A program made the translations under genes and the position numbers. Below the pieces are notes generated by a model. That model made no database searches. It saw only the letters and a program-made list of their open reading frames with translations, and was not told the origin of the DNA. A stretch of DNA of 63,829 nt, counting the filler, from Octopus bimaculoides (taxonomy: Eukaryota), in assembly GCF_001194135.2 (NCBI RefSeq). It is 4 parts of 3 records of this genome, joined end to end, with 100 filler letters (N's around TTAATTAATTAA, not from the genome) between each part and the next. Parts side by side here need not be neighbours in the genome. Positions count along the whole stretch, not along the records: positions 1 to 20,085 come from NC_068988.1; 3 more parts are not named here. One strand, given 5' to 3'. Positions 1 to 13,824 of the stretch are shown in pieces. The stretch's first letter is position 1, and each line of letters begins with the position of its first letter.

Positions 1-32
<32 letters not shown>

Positions 33-48
33 TGTATGTATGTATGTT

Positions 49-90
<42 letters not shown>

Positions 91-104
91 CATCTATCTA
101 TATT
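1..104. repeat. compound microsatellite (TATG)n-(TCTA)n
   Basis: Direct tetranucleotide repeats. Confidence 0.95.
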
Positions 105-323
105 TCTATTCATTTGTTTAATTATAACAAAAAAAAAAGACATTTTACATCAATCTACGGTTTACTCTATACTTTTGTAGAGTACAAATTTATTATTCTC
201 CAATAGGAATGTTGTTAGCAGTTACTTCGAAGTTTCGGTTGGCTAAGCTATCATCGGACCGTGACTCATCCTCGGGTGCACGTCATCTAAATTCGCAGTC
301 AACAACGGCATTATTTAATAATA

Positions 324-327
<4 letters not shown>

Positions 328-389
<62 letters not shown>
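328..389. repeat. (CA)n microsatellite
   Basis: Direct dinucleotide repeat. Confidence 0.95.
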
Positions 390-390
<1 letters not shown>

Positions 391-563
391 TCTTTTGTTT
401 CAGTCATTTGACTGCCGCCACGCTAGAGCACCACCTTTAGTCGACCCCACGTCTTACTCTTTGTAAGTCTAGCACTTATTCTATCGGATTTCTTTTGATG
501 AACCGCTAAGTTACGGGGAAGTAAACACACCAACATCGGATATATATGAGTGTGTCTGTGTGC
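391..563 (-). mobile_element. SINE family A, 3' half
   Basis: Reverse complement matches the 3' half of the fuller copies at 11717 and 32863 (ccccgtaacttagcggttc...gcagtcaaatgactgaaac). Confidence 0.85.
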
Positions 564-1656
564 GTTTCTTTGTGTGTGTATATCGTTGCTTTAATGCAAA
601 AGTGTTGTAAGTCCAAAACGTTGCTGTTTCAGAAAATGAAAAAGTAGTTTCTCCATTCCAAAACAAAACTGTCGTGCTACACTGACAATTTCTTACATCT
701 TGGAATCTGAAGCAGCTGGAAATTCGATAGTTTGACCAAAAGAACCAACTGTAGCAAGCTAAAGTAAATATTGAAGAAAAAAAAAACGCATTTGGCCAAA
801 TTTGGACATACGACTGTTTAAAATAATAGCAACGATACATATACATATACATATATATATATATATATATATGGTACCATGCCACAGTCCTTCAAATGCC
901 AGATGGAGTCGTATGGATACCGTCATACCAAACGGCAACTGTTCTGCACTTTAGATCTTGTGGTGCATTTACCGCTCCCAGTATGACAAAAGTCGATTTA
1001 TTCTTTAAGCGGAAAGTAAACAACTAAGTGAAACAGGTCAGATTTTGAGAAAGAATGGAATTGAACCCAGAGCTAGACTACAACATTTTATCAATCTCAA
1101 AATGAATAAATGCAATTTTGGCTTCATCAATGTTACGAATATTTCAGATATCTAAAGGAACACTTTCATTGCTATAAAATGGATTGTATGCATAATTAGT
1201 CAATCAGTTAATATATAATCAATTGGCATAATAGCTAGAGTGACAAATAAATTACTTTGCAGTGATCTTTCAGGCTCTCTGTCTAAGCTAAGACTATGCC
1301 ATTTATGATGTAGTCTCTCACTGCAGGACCGAAACATTACAGTCTCTTTCATATTAAGTCAATAATGGTGTATGTAATGTGAAGACATTTTCTTACGAAC
1401 GCATTCCTATATTTGCACTTTTAAAATAATAGTTTTGTATAACCTGCAAAAACCGAATTTCATACATTTCTGATATGCTTGTATCTATGAATTTTAGCGT
1501 CGAATTTTTCTTAGAGTAGGTTGTGATTGTGAACATTATAACGTTGGGATGCCTAGTTTACGTGTCCCTGGATGTTTAGTTTTGTGTCACCAGTTTTCAC
1601 ATGGTATTTCTTAGTTATCTCAACGCTGTCAGTGTCAGTGAATTGTGTGATTTAAT

Positions 1657-1740
1657 CGCCAAGTTACGGGAACACAAACACATCAGCATCGGTTGTCAAG
1701 CGTTGGCAGGGGGACAAACACAGACACACACACACACAAA

Positions 1741-1815
<75 letters not shown>

Positions 1816-1978
1816 ACGACAGGCTTCTTTCAGTTTCCCTCTGCTAAATCCACTCACAACGCCTTGGTCGGCCCGAGGTTATAGTAGAAGTCACTCGTCC
1901 AAGGTGCCACGCAGTAGATTAAACCGGAAGAATGTGGTTGGGAAGCAAGCTTCTTTACCACACAGCTACGCCTGCACC
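1657..1978 (-). mobile_element. SINE family A (tRNA-derived), 3'-truncated, internal (TCTA)n
   Basis: tRNA-like head with A-box-like motif, central gtggcaccttgg...gagtggatt domain, internal microsatellite. Confidence 0.88.
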
Positions 1979-2041
1979 TATGCATACATAATGCATACAT
2001 TCTCACACACATATATGCGTACACACATGTATATATATATG

Positions 2042-3125
2042 AGTGCAGCTTCTTGCAGCTTCTTGCAGCTTCTTGCAGCTTCTTGCACCTTCTTTCATGG
2101 CTGATTCTTCTTATGATTGAAGCGCAGCTTTTGTCACAGTACTTGCATACCAAGAAGGTGGCTCGGCTCGGCGCTCTGCTTTTCTGTTGTTTTCCTTTCG
2201 CCGCTGACGCTTCTTAACTTGTTTTTTTTTTCTGTAGCTGCTCTCCAGAGAAGCAGTTCCTTCATTCACCACAGTACTCCATGTTGTTCTGTCCTCAGCT
2301 CTCTCTCTCTTCCCAGGTGCTGACATCCACCTCACACTTGGACAAACTAGTTTTTCAAGTGTCCTTATACCTCAGTTTTGGTCTTCTTCTTGGTCTCCTG
2401 CCCTGGGCCAGTTCTCCATAGAGAATTGCTTCGGGATTTGATGGTCACCCATTCTCCTAATATGCCCCAGCCACCTCAGTCTTCTCATACACAAGATAGC
2501 TGTCGTGCTTTGAAAATTCGTCTGCGCCAGCACTTCAACATTGGTGACCTTGTCGCGCCATGTTAGGCCTAAGATCTTGCGGAGGCATCTAAGATGGAAA
2601 ATGCCGTGGCACTTTTCGTGTCTGCTGTACAAGGACCATGTTTCAGATCCATAGAGGAGTATGCTGAGAACACATGCTTCATAAATCCGGATCTTTGTCT
2701 TGATGTCCAATCTCTTGTTCTTCCATACTCGTTTTGTCAGCCTTCCAAAAGTTGTTGCTGCCTTCCCTATCCCGACGTTAATCTCATCATCAAGTGAAGC
2801 GGTAGAGGAAATGGTAGACCCTAGATAGCAGAACCTGTCCACTGTCTCAAGCTCTTTGTCATCAAGCTTGATGTGGCCTTTCACTGCACCCCCCTGAGTG
2901 ACGATGACTGTCTCCTTTACACTGAAGGCTTTGCATACTGATGATAGGTGGTCCATCATTATTTGTAGATTTAATTCACTGTGAGCAACAAGTGTCGCAT
3001 CGTCGGCGAAGAGAAAGTCCCTTATTGATCTTAGACTTGGCCCGAAGTCTAGAAAGATCAAAGAGTGACACATCAGTTCTCCAACAAAGATAGACATCTC
3101 TCGGCAGCTCTTGAAATGCATGACC
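2042..3125 (-). mobile_element. RTE-clade LINE, 5'-truncated 3' part (RT C-terminus to C-terminal Zn finger)
   Basis: ORF 2372-3148: IRDFLFADD, FCYLGSTIS, LLYGSETW, RRLRWLGHIRRM; after frameshifts CKYCDKSCASIIRRISHERRC (C-x2-C-x12-H-x3-C). Confidence 0.92.
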
Positions 3126-3352
3126 CTACAACTCTCACCATCTCTCACTAGCTCTAATTCTGTTCTCTTACAACATCATTCTATCTCTCTCTGTAATTAC
3201 TACTAAACAATGAAGAGAACACAAACACAAACTTTACTTCGCATGCTTTTGGATTTATCATAACCTGTTTGTCGAGGCAAGGTATTGTTACGAAACGGTA
3301 AATAAATATTTCCTCAAAACATCATGCATTGTTCATCTTTCACATCTTACAA
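3126..3352 (+). mobile_element. probable 3' part of a Gypsy-like LTR
   Basis: AATAAA at 3301, ends in ...CTTACA about 45 nt later, followed by PBS-like motifs. 5' part not seen (abuts the RTE). Confidence 0.5.
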
Positions 3353-3847
3353 CTTGCCGTTATAACAACAAATTTTTATCGTTACAACTGCTGACTCTGA
3401 CATTTCATATCATTGTGTACCTACTCAATCTTACCCGTTACAATTAGAAACTACACTAATTAAAACCTAACCGTAACAATTGGGGACCCTCGACTTCAAC
3501 TAAAAACTTAACCGTTACAATTGGTGACCCCGAGCAAGAGAATTGCAGCCTTCCCAAGAAATAACCGTTACAAACTTGCGATCCCAACTTTGCACCATAA
3601 CAGACATCGCTACAAAAACAAATCTTTCTCGCTTACAACTGGTAACCCCTACCGTTCCAAATTTGTGACCCCGTGTAAAAAGAATCGCTGCCTTCTGAAA
3701 CTGCATTACCAACAGTCACAACTGTCGACCCAGATCGAAAGAATTGATATATGTGTGTGAGTATGTATGTATGTATGTATGTATGTATGTAGCTTCTGAA
3801 GCTACATTACCAACAACTTGGTGACCCCGTGTAAAGAGAATTACTAC
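3346..3847 (+). repeat. degenerate tandem array of (CC)GTTACAA + tRNA-Trp PBS-like TGGTGACCCCG units
   Basis: About 10-12 units 20-90 nt apart; best ACCGTTACAATTGGTGACCCCGA at 3511-3533; cut off by the N gap at 3848. Confidence 0.8.
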
Positions 3848-5825
3848 NNNNNNNNNNNNNNNNNNNNNNNNNNNNNNNNNNNNNNNNNNNNNNNNNNNNN
3901 NNNNNNNNNNNNNNNNNNNNNNNNNNNNNNNNNNNNNNNNNNNNNNNNNNNNNNNNNNNNNNNNNNNNNNNNNNNNNNNNATATATATATAGGTTTGATG
4001 GTATAAACAGAGCAAATATAGATCACACACACAAATGCGTACACATACACTATACGCAGACTTCCCTCCACCTTCGAGGATTAATGCACTTCAGCATTTG
4101 CTGATTTTTCTCTTTCTCCCATGATAAAATAAACTTTAAAATCTTCAGATATAAAACGCCATGTCACCCTATACCCAAAAACATTATCTGTATGACAGCT
4201 TGTACGCACTTAAATCTATTATACATAAGATTAAACTACACACAAACATCCAAATGTATACATGAGTGAGTGTGCGCCTGCTAGTTGTGGGTATGCTGTC
4301 TGAGTACGCATATACATATATACATACATACATACATACATACATGGATAAAAATCTGATATATTTTCCAAAGTTATCCTTGTTGCCATAGGGAAATAAT
4401 TTCATGAATTTCACTATATATAAATTTTACATTTGTTGTAACCAATGCTATGCTTATTTTTCAAATGAATCAATATATTGAATATTATTCAGATGATGCT
4501 TTGAATTCTAGATTTGTTTTGTAGCTTGTAATAATTTTTTTTCTATTCTGGAAAAAACAAAAAAACAAAAAAAAAAACGTTTATTACTATCTGAAACTAT
4601 ACGTTAGAATAATGATAATATTCAGGAAAAAATTTGTTCTTATAAGTTTTCTATGTCAATATATGTATTGTAATAGCTTTTAGGAAGAAACTTCGATGGA
4701 GATTGTTGGTTTGTTTTCGCATAGATTTTTGATTTTCTGAAAAAGAAGAACAAAAACAAAAAAACCTCCAAAAGGAAAGAAACAAGGAATATTCTAGTTT
4801 ATCAATGCTATTAATACAAAATTAATAATAATTATAGTAATCATAGCAGAAAAGATAATTATAAAGAGATTATTTCGACTTAATACAGACAATGTATTGC
4901 TAATCTCATAAATTCATACAAAACAATGAATAATTTATAAATCTGAAACAGAATATTGAAAATAGAAATATAAAACCATGATATTAATGCTGTTTCACTA
5001 TGTAAATATCGACGGTTATATTACAGTACTAGAAAATATATTTTGAAACGTGATTTGTTTAAGAATTAGCTCAATGTTTAAAGTATGAACTATAAGAATA
5101 CTTGTACAATAGTTTTAATACAGTGCATGGCTACATCTGGGAAGAGACTGAAAGAAATAAATGTAATATAACACAAAAGTGTTCGATGAAGTTATGATAA
5201 ATAGTGGATCCTGTATTTGTTTTTATGAAAAAATAATGAATAACGTTCTTTGAAGTAAGAATATTTCCTTAAGTAGTGTCTGTGAATGAGACATTACACT
5301 TTCAAAAGAGCCAGGACACTTAAGGTGAAATATATCAGACAGAAGAAATTACATGAAACTGTGAGAAACGCTACAAACCATCCTTCTGCAGCATAAAGAC
5401 ACGATCACTACATATATCAAGTAAAAAATATTGCCCCCTCCCTAAATAAGACCAGTTTGTAACTAGAGCAGTCAGAATTTCTACAAATGCTATTTATACT
5501 TCCTCATTACTTAGAATCTCTTCTGCTGAATGCATATCCCCGACAGATACAAAACCCTATCACAAAGATTGAACTGCTCCGTCAAAGAAAGTGAATACTT
5601 CAACAACCAGCAACTACGAAGGCTCTACAAACCATGAAGTGAAACGTATAATAAAATACCATTCCTCTACCTGGAACAATAATATTGCTGCTAAAAATCA
5701 TTCTAATCCATATGCAAATGCCACTGGATTGTTTGTCATAAAGTAATTTATGAATATGCTCCAACATCTGACCCACAGAATTACTGTCTTGATTCTCCTT
5801 ACTTTGCTTAGAGCTAATAAAATGG

Positions 5826-6138
5826 CATTCCGCCGGTTACGATTACGAGGGCTCCAGTTGATCCGATCAACGGAACTGCCTGCGTCTGAAATGAACGTGC
5901 ATGTGGCTGAGCACTCCACAGACATGTGTATCCTTAACGTAGTTCTTAGGAGGATTCAACATGGCACAGTGTGACAAGCCTGGCCCTTTGAAATACAGCA
6001 ACTACTAATTTTTGCTGAGTGGGGTGTAGCAATATGAAATGAAGCGTTTTACTCAAGAACACAAGGCGTCGCCCGGTCCAGGAAACGAAACCACAATCTT
6101 ACGATCCTGAATACAACCATTAAACCACGCACCTCCAC
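5826..6138 (-). mobile_element. SINE family C (tRNA-derived)
   Basis: Collinear with 15711-15980 (ggttacga...gagcactccacagac...ggccctttgaaatacag); decayed head at the right end. Confidence 0.85.
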
Positions 6139-6934
6139 CTAATATAATGTTCCTGTACCCGGAGCTGGCTAGTCTCGTTCCAGCTTTACTTAAACACTTC
6201 TAATTCATTCAACTGCCTCCCTTCGTCGTCCATATTGTATGTCAACCCACGGCCCACATTATTCACAATGATCAGATTTTCCAGGACTAGAAGTCAATTT
6301 CCTTTCCTATTCTTCCTCTTCTTCCCTCATTGCTTTGCTACTGCTCGGGAGAATCATTGATCGCGTTGATTTCCCAGAACACAGAGAGCTTCCTAATGTA
6401 ATGCACAGCCACTTCGTTCAGAACAACAGAAGAAAAAGTAGTTGGGTTACATCTCTTTATCCATTTATTCACTCGTGTCACCACAACACATAAATCCATC
6501 CATCCATCCATTCAACTATATACATACATAAAAGTATATTCATACAAATGTGTGTATGTGTGTGCGTGTGCGTATAAAAAAAATTGCATGGTTCACTTAA
6601 ATATCTATGTCAGCGTGTCCTTCATAGCCACAGTTACAGAGCTGAATTAACTTGAACTCCTTTGAACTAGATGTACACCTTCAAACATTCATCCCCGCAA
6701 GCCACTGTTCTATTCTCCGGTAGTCATTCACATTGTGAATTTCCTAAAACCTCGCACTAAACTTTCATTAATCCAGGAAATCATTCCATTATACTTCCAA
6801 GATATCTACGTTTCTCTACAAAAAAAGTTGGATATAGTCCATATCAGTATCATCAGTCTAGAATTGACTGCAAAATAATGGCCAATACTTTTAAATCCCC
6901 GATCCTCCCACTAAATATTAAGTAACAACAACAG

Positions 6935-6996
6935 CTGCTGCTGCTGCTGCTACTACTAACACCACCACCACCACCACCACCACCACCACTACTACT
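6935..6996. repeat. compound triplet repeat (CTG)(CTA)(CCA)(CTA)
   Basis: Direct repeats. Confidence 0.9.
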
Positions 6997-8670
6997 GTGT
7001 GTTTGGAGATGCCCTAATGAAAACAATCTTGTTATTGTGGTTGGTTTCTGATTCTGGGTTACATGAATCTTTGAATGAAGTAGTTGGCGTCTATCGCATA
7101 CTATAGAGCTTTCCATTCATCACATTCGTGTATTCAACTCCTGGTGGACAGCTTCAAGTAATCATGATGAGTAACCACTGGAAGTAAGTGACATGTAAGC
7201 GATCACTTACAAGTCAGTCGCCTCTGAATTTGAAGCATTTTCAATGCTCTGTTAAAAATCTGTTACACTTTTCAGCCATGAAGAAAAGAAAACCTTATTC
7301 CTAAAGGGCATTTTCTTCTCTTATGCATGAATAAATAGAATGGACCTAGTTTACTCGATATAGCCATATATATATGTAAGGGGGGGGGGTGTCGTATGTC
7401 AGCAATGGGACTTACGTATGTAATTATCTGTTATCCATAGTAAAGGTACAACGTAGAATTTCCAGACACCGGAATAATTTACGAGTAAGAACTTCAAATT
7501 CTTTTGGCCACCACATTAGTTTGCTCATTTAATGCACAATATAGTATTAATAAACTGTTATCATTTATATTAATGTGTAGATAACTGTATTTCATTTGAC
7601 TAATTAAATAGATTTAATACTTGTTTAAATTGGAGTGTGTTGACGAAAGTGACCATTCCTCTTTCGGAAAAATCACTATTCCGAAAAGGCTTTCCGACGA
7701 AAAATTTTGAAAAATCGATGTTGTACTTGTATAGTACTTGTATAGTAAATGATTCAAATGTAAACAAAAGAATTCTTTGTTACATGAACACGTTTGTGGC
7801 TGTTATGGAATATTGATATCATGAATCAGATTAAAGAATTACATAAGTAGAGTCAGATTACAAAATTTATAGGTGACATCTGATACTAGAATCTGGTGTG
7901 TAGTAAATTTCATGAATTCATAGATAGATGACAAAGTTAACAATTGAAGAAAGTCACTTTTGATGTCCCAACTCAAATGTGTCTTTGATGTCCTTTTGAT
8001 TTGAGTACGGTCACTAAACCGTGCTTAAACAGCGGATACGGGTGCAGGCTTTGCTGCATGGAGCTGTTTGAAATTTTAAAGAGATCGATTGCCTTCGTAG
8101 CTTCCCCCAAATTTCAACCAATATCCACAGAATACCCCTAAATTCTGTATATCTCTGCTCCACCACCTTTGTCCATTAGCCTCAACTAGAAAATCTTAAA
8201 CTCCGACCAAAAGCCTAATTGAACTGTATGATTTTATTTTGCTTCATACTTTTGCTTTATTTTTTCTTATTTTTATCCTTAGGTTATATTAGGATCACAA
8301 CTCGCTTCCCTCGCTCTAAGTCTACTATAATAAAACATCACCTATATCCCACTACAGTCTACCTAGGAACCAATCTGGCAGACTCCTAACTCACCCGGGT
8401 CGCTGACTTTAGATATATTATACACTTTCAAGAACTATATTCTAACCCCAACGGCCAACTTTGTCGTTCATTCTCCCATTTCGTAGTTGACCTTGACAGA
8501 CTTCAGCAACGTCCCTGGTGTATTCTTGGGATATTCTTTTGTTTTAAGATTACGCTTGAAACGATGATGACTATTTTTTATAATGAAGTAATGTTCTCAT
8601 TCTTCTATCAAAAATACGTAAGAAACCGTTGTAATGAACTAACAATTATCCATCGTGCTATTATTTATTT

Positions 8671-8726
<56 letters not shown>

Positions 8727-8914
8727 ACATATATATGTATATATATGCACGTATATTAGCAGTAACTTCTAAGTTATCTTCTGATAGTTTGACTATTGAA
8801 AGCTACTTTAGAGTTTTTGAAAAATATATAAATATATACTCTACTGAAAAGCATATAGTTTTCCTGCTAAAGCTAACTCAGTTTGATATGTAGCATTGTA
8901 GCTTCATATAAAAA

Positions 8915-8982
<68 letters not shown>
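8915..8982. repeat. (CTAT)n microsatellite
   Basis: Direct repeat. Confidence 0.95.
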
Positions 8983-9338
8983 ATGTATGCATATTTCTCC
9001 GACACACCTTCAAACAATATATAGATATATACGTTATCCATGCCGTGAGAAATCTCTCAACAGTTATCAAGCCTATCACACAGAACGTTGGTACTCTTCT
9101 CCATTTTAAATGAGAATACCAGATGGAGAACTGTACCAACGTTCCGTTTGGTAGGATTAATATCTGCTGAGAAATTTCTCTCAGTACGAAAGCAATGGTT
9201 GCTTTGTTAGCCCACAAATAAAATTGTTTATCCGCCAATTCGGTGTTGAGCGCTCATGCACACTCTTCGATATCAGCGTACAAACACACACGCGCACACG
9301 CACGCACTCACACGCACACACACACAAACACGGACACG

Positions 9339-9382
<44 letters not shown>

Positions 9383-10168
9383 TACACACACACACATGTA
9401 CATCTCTCTCTCTCTATGTATGTATGTTTATAGAAATGTGCATATATACACACACGTTATCATATAGCTTTATAAGATGACTTTAATAAATGTTGATACA
9501 TTAGTATAGTATAAGTGATACTCTTGTTCCGTGTATATGTATGTAGTATGATATTGTTGTTCTTTAGTGATGAGTAAAGCGTAAACATGCATGGTGTGAG
9601 AAAACACGTTCTGACCGTGACTTTGATGTCTTTTTCTAATATAAAATATCAGAAGAGATTTTGCAATCGATGGTGTTCTCCATGTAAAACCTGATTTAGC
9701 AACTTCTAATAAAAATGATTCCTCTCCCACTGCCAACAATTTTCTTAGTTATATATACGACATCATTCAACATCCCTATGTAATTCGATTGGGTGTAATT
9801 TGAGGGAGATTTTGCTGCTATAACTAGTATCAAGCTACCGTTTAAATTTCTTTAGCTCGAACCGGGCAAGGATGATTATGTCCATGAAATCTCATTGCTA
9901 TTTCTAGCAGATAGAGCGAACATAGAAAGAGACACTAGATGATTTATGCTTATCGTACGGTTCTGGTGAAGCTCAAGTTTGGTAGATTGTGTTATAAATA
10001 ACGGATAATATTGTTTTTCAAGATTGCTGAATGTAGCTGTGTGTGTGAGCGTGAGGGTGAACTTGATAGCTTTAAAACTTTGACTGTGAAAATTAAAAAT
10101 CCCTTTGAATATGTGATGAGAATGTCAGCTGTATCGGACGAGTCTACAGGTGAGCTCCTCCTATCATA

Positions 10169-10205
<37 letters not shown>

Positions 10206-10316
10206 CACACACACAGACTTATATATACACACACTCACACACACACACTCTCTCACACTCATACACTCACAAGCACACATTCATACACACACTCGCGCAC
10301 ACACCTATATGTCTAT

Positions 10317-10481
10317 ATATACGACGGGTTTCTTTCACTTTCTGTCTACCAAATCCACTCAAGGCTTTAGTCGGTCCGAAGCTATAGGAGAAGATACTTG
10401 CTCAAGGTTCCATGTAGTGGGATTGAATCGTAACCATGTGGTTGGGAAGCAAACTTCTTACCACACTGACACCACTACCTA
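10317..10481 (-). mobile_element. SINE family A, 5' half
   Basis: Head and central domain matching 35555-35730. Confidence 0.82.
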
Positions 10482-11404
10482 TGCATATCATGTTAAAATA
10501 ATAAAGAGAGGATGATCTACGCGGTGGTTTGAGCTGCTAGGAATAATAGCTAAACTTCCTTGAAATGAAACTTTAATAATATTAATAACACTTTGGATCA
10601 TGTATTGCATGAATTCAGGATAATTAGTGTTTGAAACAATATAAGATGATCTTAACTAGTAGCATGTTGTATACGAAGCAATCAATTTGTGGATCGCATT
10701 TGGTATTCAATTGACCACATCACAAAAATGAAGAACACATATAAGTGCAAACCCCATAAACATATCGTGAAGTGGAACATCAGAAATCTTAATAATTAAT
10801 CTCAAGAAATTACGATCAACGTTCGAACAACGGACGAACTCAAAGGAAATCAACTAGAAGCTATTTCTGATGTCATTCAACCAGCTAGAATTAGAGGCGA
10901 AATATTTGTTTCAATTACACATTAGCATCTTAAAAAGGAAAAGACTGTGGGGAAAAGGAAACAGAAAACAAGATTAATACATGGTTGAAAAGATTATCAT
11001 AGGTTTGCTGGATTAGAGTTTACTTAAGGTTTATCAATAACGACAAAAAAAATTATAATAATAAAAACAACTACGATATTGAACTATAAAGAATCAGGTC
11101 ATCGAGCTATAAACACTCTCAGTGCTGACATCATGAAAGAATACACCAAGGATGTTTTTTGCGTCATTTGAGCTGCAATAGCAGCAAATTCTTCAGATCC
11201 CACACTACTACTTGAAAGATATAGGAAGCGTTAGATAATGTGCTTTTCGATGAGACAAAAGACGTGCCAGTCGTTGTTGGACATTACTGTCTCATGTCCT
11301 AGTGCTCATAGGTTGGTTACCTGGTTCCCATAGTGTATAGGTGACTTAGATCACAGAATTCTGCCTGAATGGGATTCAGGTCAGTTACAGGGTTACTCAT
11401 TGGA

Positions 11405-11518
11405 ATGGTTCAATGTGAAATGAAGTGTTTTGCTCAAGAATACAACGTGCCACACGGTCCTAGAATCGAAACTACGATCTTGCGTGCAGCACACTAGCCA
11501 CTAGGCCATGGCCACTTC
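11405..11518 (-). mobile_element. SINE family C head, decayed
   Basis: gtgaaatgaagtgttttgctcaagaatacaac...ccactaggccatg, similar to 6035-6138. Confidence 0.65.
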
Positions 11519-11716
11519 GTTGTTAATATATATTTAACTCTTTAACATTCAAGTTACTCTGTCTAATGCAATACTTATATTCACATTGGTTTTAAGTTAA
11601 TCCGGTATTATCTTGTAATTTCGAAATGCCAATGATGTGATTATTTATTTTTACAAGTGTATTGTAGGGTAGGTGGGAAAGGCCAAAATTGACCAGTTTC
11701 AGCATAAAACAGATAA

Positions 11717-12115
11717 GCGCAGACATGGCTGTGTGGTAAGAAGCTTGGCTCCCAACCACATGGGTCCAGGTTTAGTACCACTGCGGGGCACATTGGACAA
11801 GCGTCTTGCACTATAGCCTTGGACCGACCAAAGCCTCGTGAGTGGATTTGGTAAACGGAGACTGAAATATATATATTTACGTGTGTCTCTGTGACTGTGT
11901 TTCCCACCACCCATCGCTTAACAATCAATGTTGGTGTGTTATGCCCCCGTAACTTAGCAGTCCGTCAAAGAGACGGATAGAATAGCTACTAGGCGTATAA
12001 AGAATAACATCTGGGGTTGTTTTCTTCGACTAAAACCCATTAAGGCTGTGTTCCAACATGGCCGCAGTCATATGACTAAAACATGTAAAAAGTAGAAGAA
12101 TAAAAGAAAAGAATA
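11717..12115 (+). mobile_element. SINE family A, near full length
   Basis: A box TGGCTGTGTGG, decayed B box, central domain, 3' half and A-rich tail. Confidence 0.9.
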
Positions 12116-13096
12116 TTTGGGCCGGATATGTACGGTTTAGATGCTAAGAGGTTAAACATTCGTCTGCTCAATCCGGATTGGCCTGCGACTAATCAACAAG
12201 GGCAAAAACTGAAATCGATATCATCACCAAAATTCGCAACCAAAAGCTCAACTAAAATCGTCAATAAGACCAATATCATTGAAAAATGCGAGTCAAGGGG
12301 AGACTGTTTACTTGATCGCTCCACTTGCTGTAAAAGTAGCCAAATCTACCTCGGAGAACACACTATCTCTTCCACATAGGAAGTTCACATTATGTTTTAT
12401 AGTACTGGATAAACAGTCTGAATAAAAGATGCGAATTGTTTTAGCGAAATACATTTGATTATAAGAGTGCTTGTTCGAAGTTGACCTTGGGCTAAACAAC
12501 TCACCAAAGTAAAAATATGATCAGCACTAATAGCAATACCAACAAGTAATAAATAAATTATACCCATTCACAACTGAATGCCCCCTTCCCTCCATCCTCC
12601 CACAAACTGCCCGTATCTTTATTGCCGAATATGTAATGTGATCACAGATACCAAGCTAGAAACAGGAGACGTTAAGGTTATGACCTATATAAAAGTTTCT
12701 CGCTCACATTTGAAGACATCTCTGGCATATGCAAATGTTCTTCTGCATAGTGACATCATTTTCGCTTTACACTCATACACAAACAAACGTACAATCAGGC
12801 GCGCACACACACGCACACACATCTGTCTATCTTCATGTGTGGTTTGTATGTGTCTATGTATGAGTATATGTGTGGGAGTGTGTGAATATGTTTGTGTGTG
12901 GTGTGCATACTAAGGCAAAAATTTTCATACATATTGAAAAATAGCAGCATATAACCAAGATGAAGATTTGCATATACCTACGAATAAAAGGAATGCATTG
13001 GCGCGCATGCATATATTATGGTACACATACACACGCATGTAAACACATACACATTCACACATACATGAATACACATATATAATTATATATACATAC

Positions 13097-13153
<57 letters not shown>

Positions 13154-13386
13154 NNNNNNNNNNNNNNNNNNNNNNNNNNNNNNNNNNNNNNNNNNNNNNN
13201 NNNNNNNNNNNNNNNNNNNNNNNNNNNNNNNNNNNNNNNNNNNNNNNNNNNNNNNNNNNNNNNNNNNNNNNNNNNNNNNNNNNNNNNNNNNNNNNNNNNN
13301 NNNNNNNNNNNNNNNNNNNNNNNNNNNNNNNNNNNNNNNNNNNNNNNNNNNNNNNNNNNNNNNNNNNNNNNNNNNNNNNNNNNNNN

Positions 13387-13447
<61 letters not shown>

Positions 13448-13824
13448 AATATATATACATATAATTTTTCATAGAAAACTATGTAATCGTTACCAATATA
13501 GCAAGAGATTTCACCGCAAAAAAGTCTAAATTAGACTCCTTAGGGATCGTTCTCCTTGTTTATATATCGAAAGTTTTAAATTTAAATTTAAGAGAGAGAT
13601 TTGACGCTAATATCCATTATTATTGTAATTTATTCCTATGTCAACATTTCTGTATAAGGCTATATTTGACTGTCAACTTTACGTCAAACATATAAGTTGC
13701 CTTACACGTCTTCAGGGAATACATTTGTTTGATTTTTGTCTGTTCTCAAATGTATTCCCTGTTTATTCACTGCAGAATTATCTCGCTGAAACTGGTGAAA
13801 AGAATGATTACGATGGGCGATAAC

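Noticed and set aside
3346-3847. CRISPR interpretation of the repeat-spacer-like array
   Set aside because: Eukaryotic context, degenerate repeats, spacers related to each other, no cas genes; the repeat is better explained as LTR end plus PBS.
7107-7190. Possible micro-exon ending at gtaagt
   Set aside because: Weak acceptor, unrecognised peptide; the donor is part of a small gtaagtga/tcacttac inverted repeat.
12578-12913. ORF with YCRICNV suggesting a zinc finger
   Set aside because: No correctly spaced His/Cys partners; the ORF ends in microsatellite; no splice support.
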